A stretch of 64,000 nt of DNA from Okamejei kenojei. Its lineage: Eukaryota. The notes beneath the pieces are model-generated. The model was given only the letters and a program-made list of their open reading frames with translations. It did not search any database and was not told the DNA's origin. Every line of letters starts with the position of its first letter. Positions within the stretch are counted from its first letter, which is position 1. The position numbers and the translations under genes were made by a program. This document shows, one piece after another, positions 61,291 to 64,000 of the stretch. The stretch covers positions 66,898,001-66,962,000 of the forward strand of contig CM069132.1 of NCBI GenBank assembly GCA_035221665.1, read 5' to 3'.

Positions 61291-64000
61291 TGTCAATCTT
61301 CCCTTTAAAAATAGCTTTTTGTGTACTCAGTGCTATGAGTCCGTACTGCGAGCTATCTCTCCAAGCCCCCTAGTTACTCGCTGCAGAGACCAAAGGAATG
61401 AACAATAAATCATCACATCATGTCTCTGTAGTTACTGATGCATGAAGGAAACTAATAAAGGGTGAAATAGCCGCACAGCAAACATAACATGGTCTGGTCT
61501 TGGGAGACCTCCCCAGCGGGAAGTTAATGGCTGTGACCTCTGTTCTGTTTGCTTCTCTTTTTCTAACGTGTAAGCATTCTGTGTTCCTGCTACTTCAGTG
61601 GTATTTCCTCTCTTGGCAGGTAACAGGCAGTGCACTAATATCAGTAGTCATTCTTTCCGAAAGCATTCTTCTTCTGACAAACAATGGACCAGGTCCATAC
61701 TCCAACTGAACTGTCACCCACTCTCAGCTCCTGTATTAATCGTGCAGCCACATTGCAGGATCTACTATCCTGGTCACCCTCCGGCCCATTGGTGAGGTCG
61801 ATTGAGCCACAAGTGACCAGCAGGCCATCAGTCACAGACCAAATCTGAAATCTCACCCACCTCCAGTAAAAACCCTAGCCTTTGATGCCATGTTGCTCTC
61901 AATGACTTTTAATAAGTGTTTCTAACAGTTGTTTAAAAGTATTCTGAATGGATTGTAAAAAAATTAGGTTAATTAAAAAAATTAACATGTTGTAATAAAG
62001 AAAAATACATTGAAAATGAGTCAAACCTCTTTAAGGTCCACAACCTAATTCAAATGAATGAGATAATTGTTTGTAAAGCAGGGGTTCTGGAAGCAGCAGG
62101 ACTCTGAGAGAATTATTTTGTGTGACAGTGAGTTCAGTGGTGGAACAGGAGGTCTGATGTGAATTTTAGCCTGTCTCCAATTCTGTGCTGTAGAGCTTGG
62201 CTACACAAGTGAAAGACTCTTAACCTTGGAAAGGGAATGGGCATTCACTTCCCATACAGCTTCCGCAAATATCAAACCTGGCCTGTCTCAAAGCCTGCAA
62301 ACTTAGCAGTCTCAAAAGTAGATTTAATGTTTATAAATACTGCCATTACTTAGGTTCATCATGTTCTTGAAAAGAAAGATTTAGAAAGTTGCAGCCCTGA
62401 TGCAAAGTCTCAACTAAAAATGTTAACCTACTCCGTTTGCCTCTACAGATACTGCTTGATTTGCTGAGCTTTCTCAGTGTTCTATTTGTGTTCTACATTC
62501 CAGCATCTGCATATTCTTTTTATAGATAATTTAATAATTTGGCAATTCATTAAAATGTATTAATACATCATCCATTTGTTTCTTTGTTTGGCCAATATTC
62601 TTTCCCTTTATTTCAGCAAAGGATGAAAAATTACAAGGTTGCATCTGGATTAAAGCAAACAGTGAATTTAGGTTCATCGAAGAAATAAATCAGCAATTCC
62701 TTGTTGCCACAAAACAAATGTACAAACGTGATGTTGGAGGAGATGGTTAACTTTTACTTTATCTCACTGCAACGTGCATCATTTACATTTCTTTTAAGCC
62801 ACTGATTTGAGAAACATTTATAAAGCTACCTATAATGCGTGACATGTGATCGAGATATCTTTCTCGCCAATGGGGCTGTGTGGTATAATTGTTACCAGGG
62901 CCAGAGCAGATCTGACAGTTATCATAAATATGCCAAAAGCCAGTTAAATGCCACATCAGTAAAAATGAAATATTTTCAACACAGTAAACATGAGTGACAG
63001 TTTTGCCATCCAGATGACCCCTGGTATTTATTACATTTACTTCATGCATTAATTACAATTGCAGATGATATTAGGATGCTGTCATATCCCCCATCTATAA
63101 ACATAAAATGTCACATTTCATCTTGCTTCAAAACTTTGAAAGACATTGTTAATGTTTGAGATGTGTTATCTGCTCTAAGTCAAAGATATCTGACTGGAAC
63201 TATATGCCAGATGTGCTTCACTTTCTGCCAAGGTAGTGCAGATCTCTGTGCGCTCAGCGCTACAGTTTTCCCTTTGGATTTATGAAGCATTTTATAAATA
63301 ACATTTAAATAACTCTCCGATATTCTATGTTAAAGTTTGTCTCACACTATCTGGAGTTCATTGTAGAGCTTTGGAAACATTGAGTTTTCTTCCTCGAGGT
63401 AAACCCAAGCCCCTTTCTGAAATTCCTTTCAAGTGTCTTAAAAATGTATAGCATATACTTTCCATTGGTACAGAGTTAGGCCAGTTTGATATTGCTACAA
63501 GGAGAAGGATATTATATTTGAGGGTATTGGCTAGTTTGTAGAAGAGTATGGTATTATATATATTTGTTGAACACTCATTGTGACAATCCTAAAACATAAT
63601 TAATTGGTGGAATTCATAATTGTTTCTATCGACAGGCCTCCCAATTACATTTGCATTCTAGGAAACAGGAATGATCTGAATCTTGGTTGCTCATTTACAT
63701 TTTACTAGACAAATGCACTATGTATTATGCTAAAAACAAACTTTCAAAAAGAATGGTGACAATATGCAGCATCTTTTAACCATTTGGGCAAGAAATAACA
63801 AAATTGTTGTTAAAAGCAATGTTTAAGAGCATCCCCAATTGTTCCAGTCCATTTCCAAAAAATACCAAGTCTTGTTTGTATGAATGCCTGTTATCCATAT
63901 CATTTTTGAAAATGACCTAAATAATCTTTAATGTGTTACACCTCCTGTCACACGTGCACATTAATCACACCTTGTTGGTAGCATTATGATCTCCAATGGT

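Overview
Eukaryotic, repeat-dense window with no recognisable host protein-coding exon. The repeat set (CR1/HER1-type LINEs, HE1-type V-SINEs, Deu-domain SINEs, Penelope-derived repeats) points to a cartilaginous fish, probably a skate or ray (inference). Main content: (1) a structurally complete but mutated DIRS1-type tyrosine-recombinase retrotransposon (~46731-51396) with inverted termini, an internal complementary region, and gag, RT, RNase H, adenine-methyltransferase-like and YR domains; (2) more than a dozen short Penelope-derived insertions carrying minimal hammerhead-ribozyme-like cores, often as head-to-head palindromes with long TSDs, plus a Penelope GIY-YIG remnant; (3) a 5.4 kb composite hAT-like element with a 5-bp TSD, a P-superfamily-like MITE, Harbinger-like MITEs and a non-autonomous Helitron carrying two minisatellites; (4) several CR1 copies, one of which (~7-10.7 kb) looks like uncorrected long-read sequence; (5) a ~340-bp inverted duplication around a ~1 kb unique spacer. 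All calls come from reading the sequence by eye, with no database searches. Boundaries without a quoted junction are approximate.
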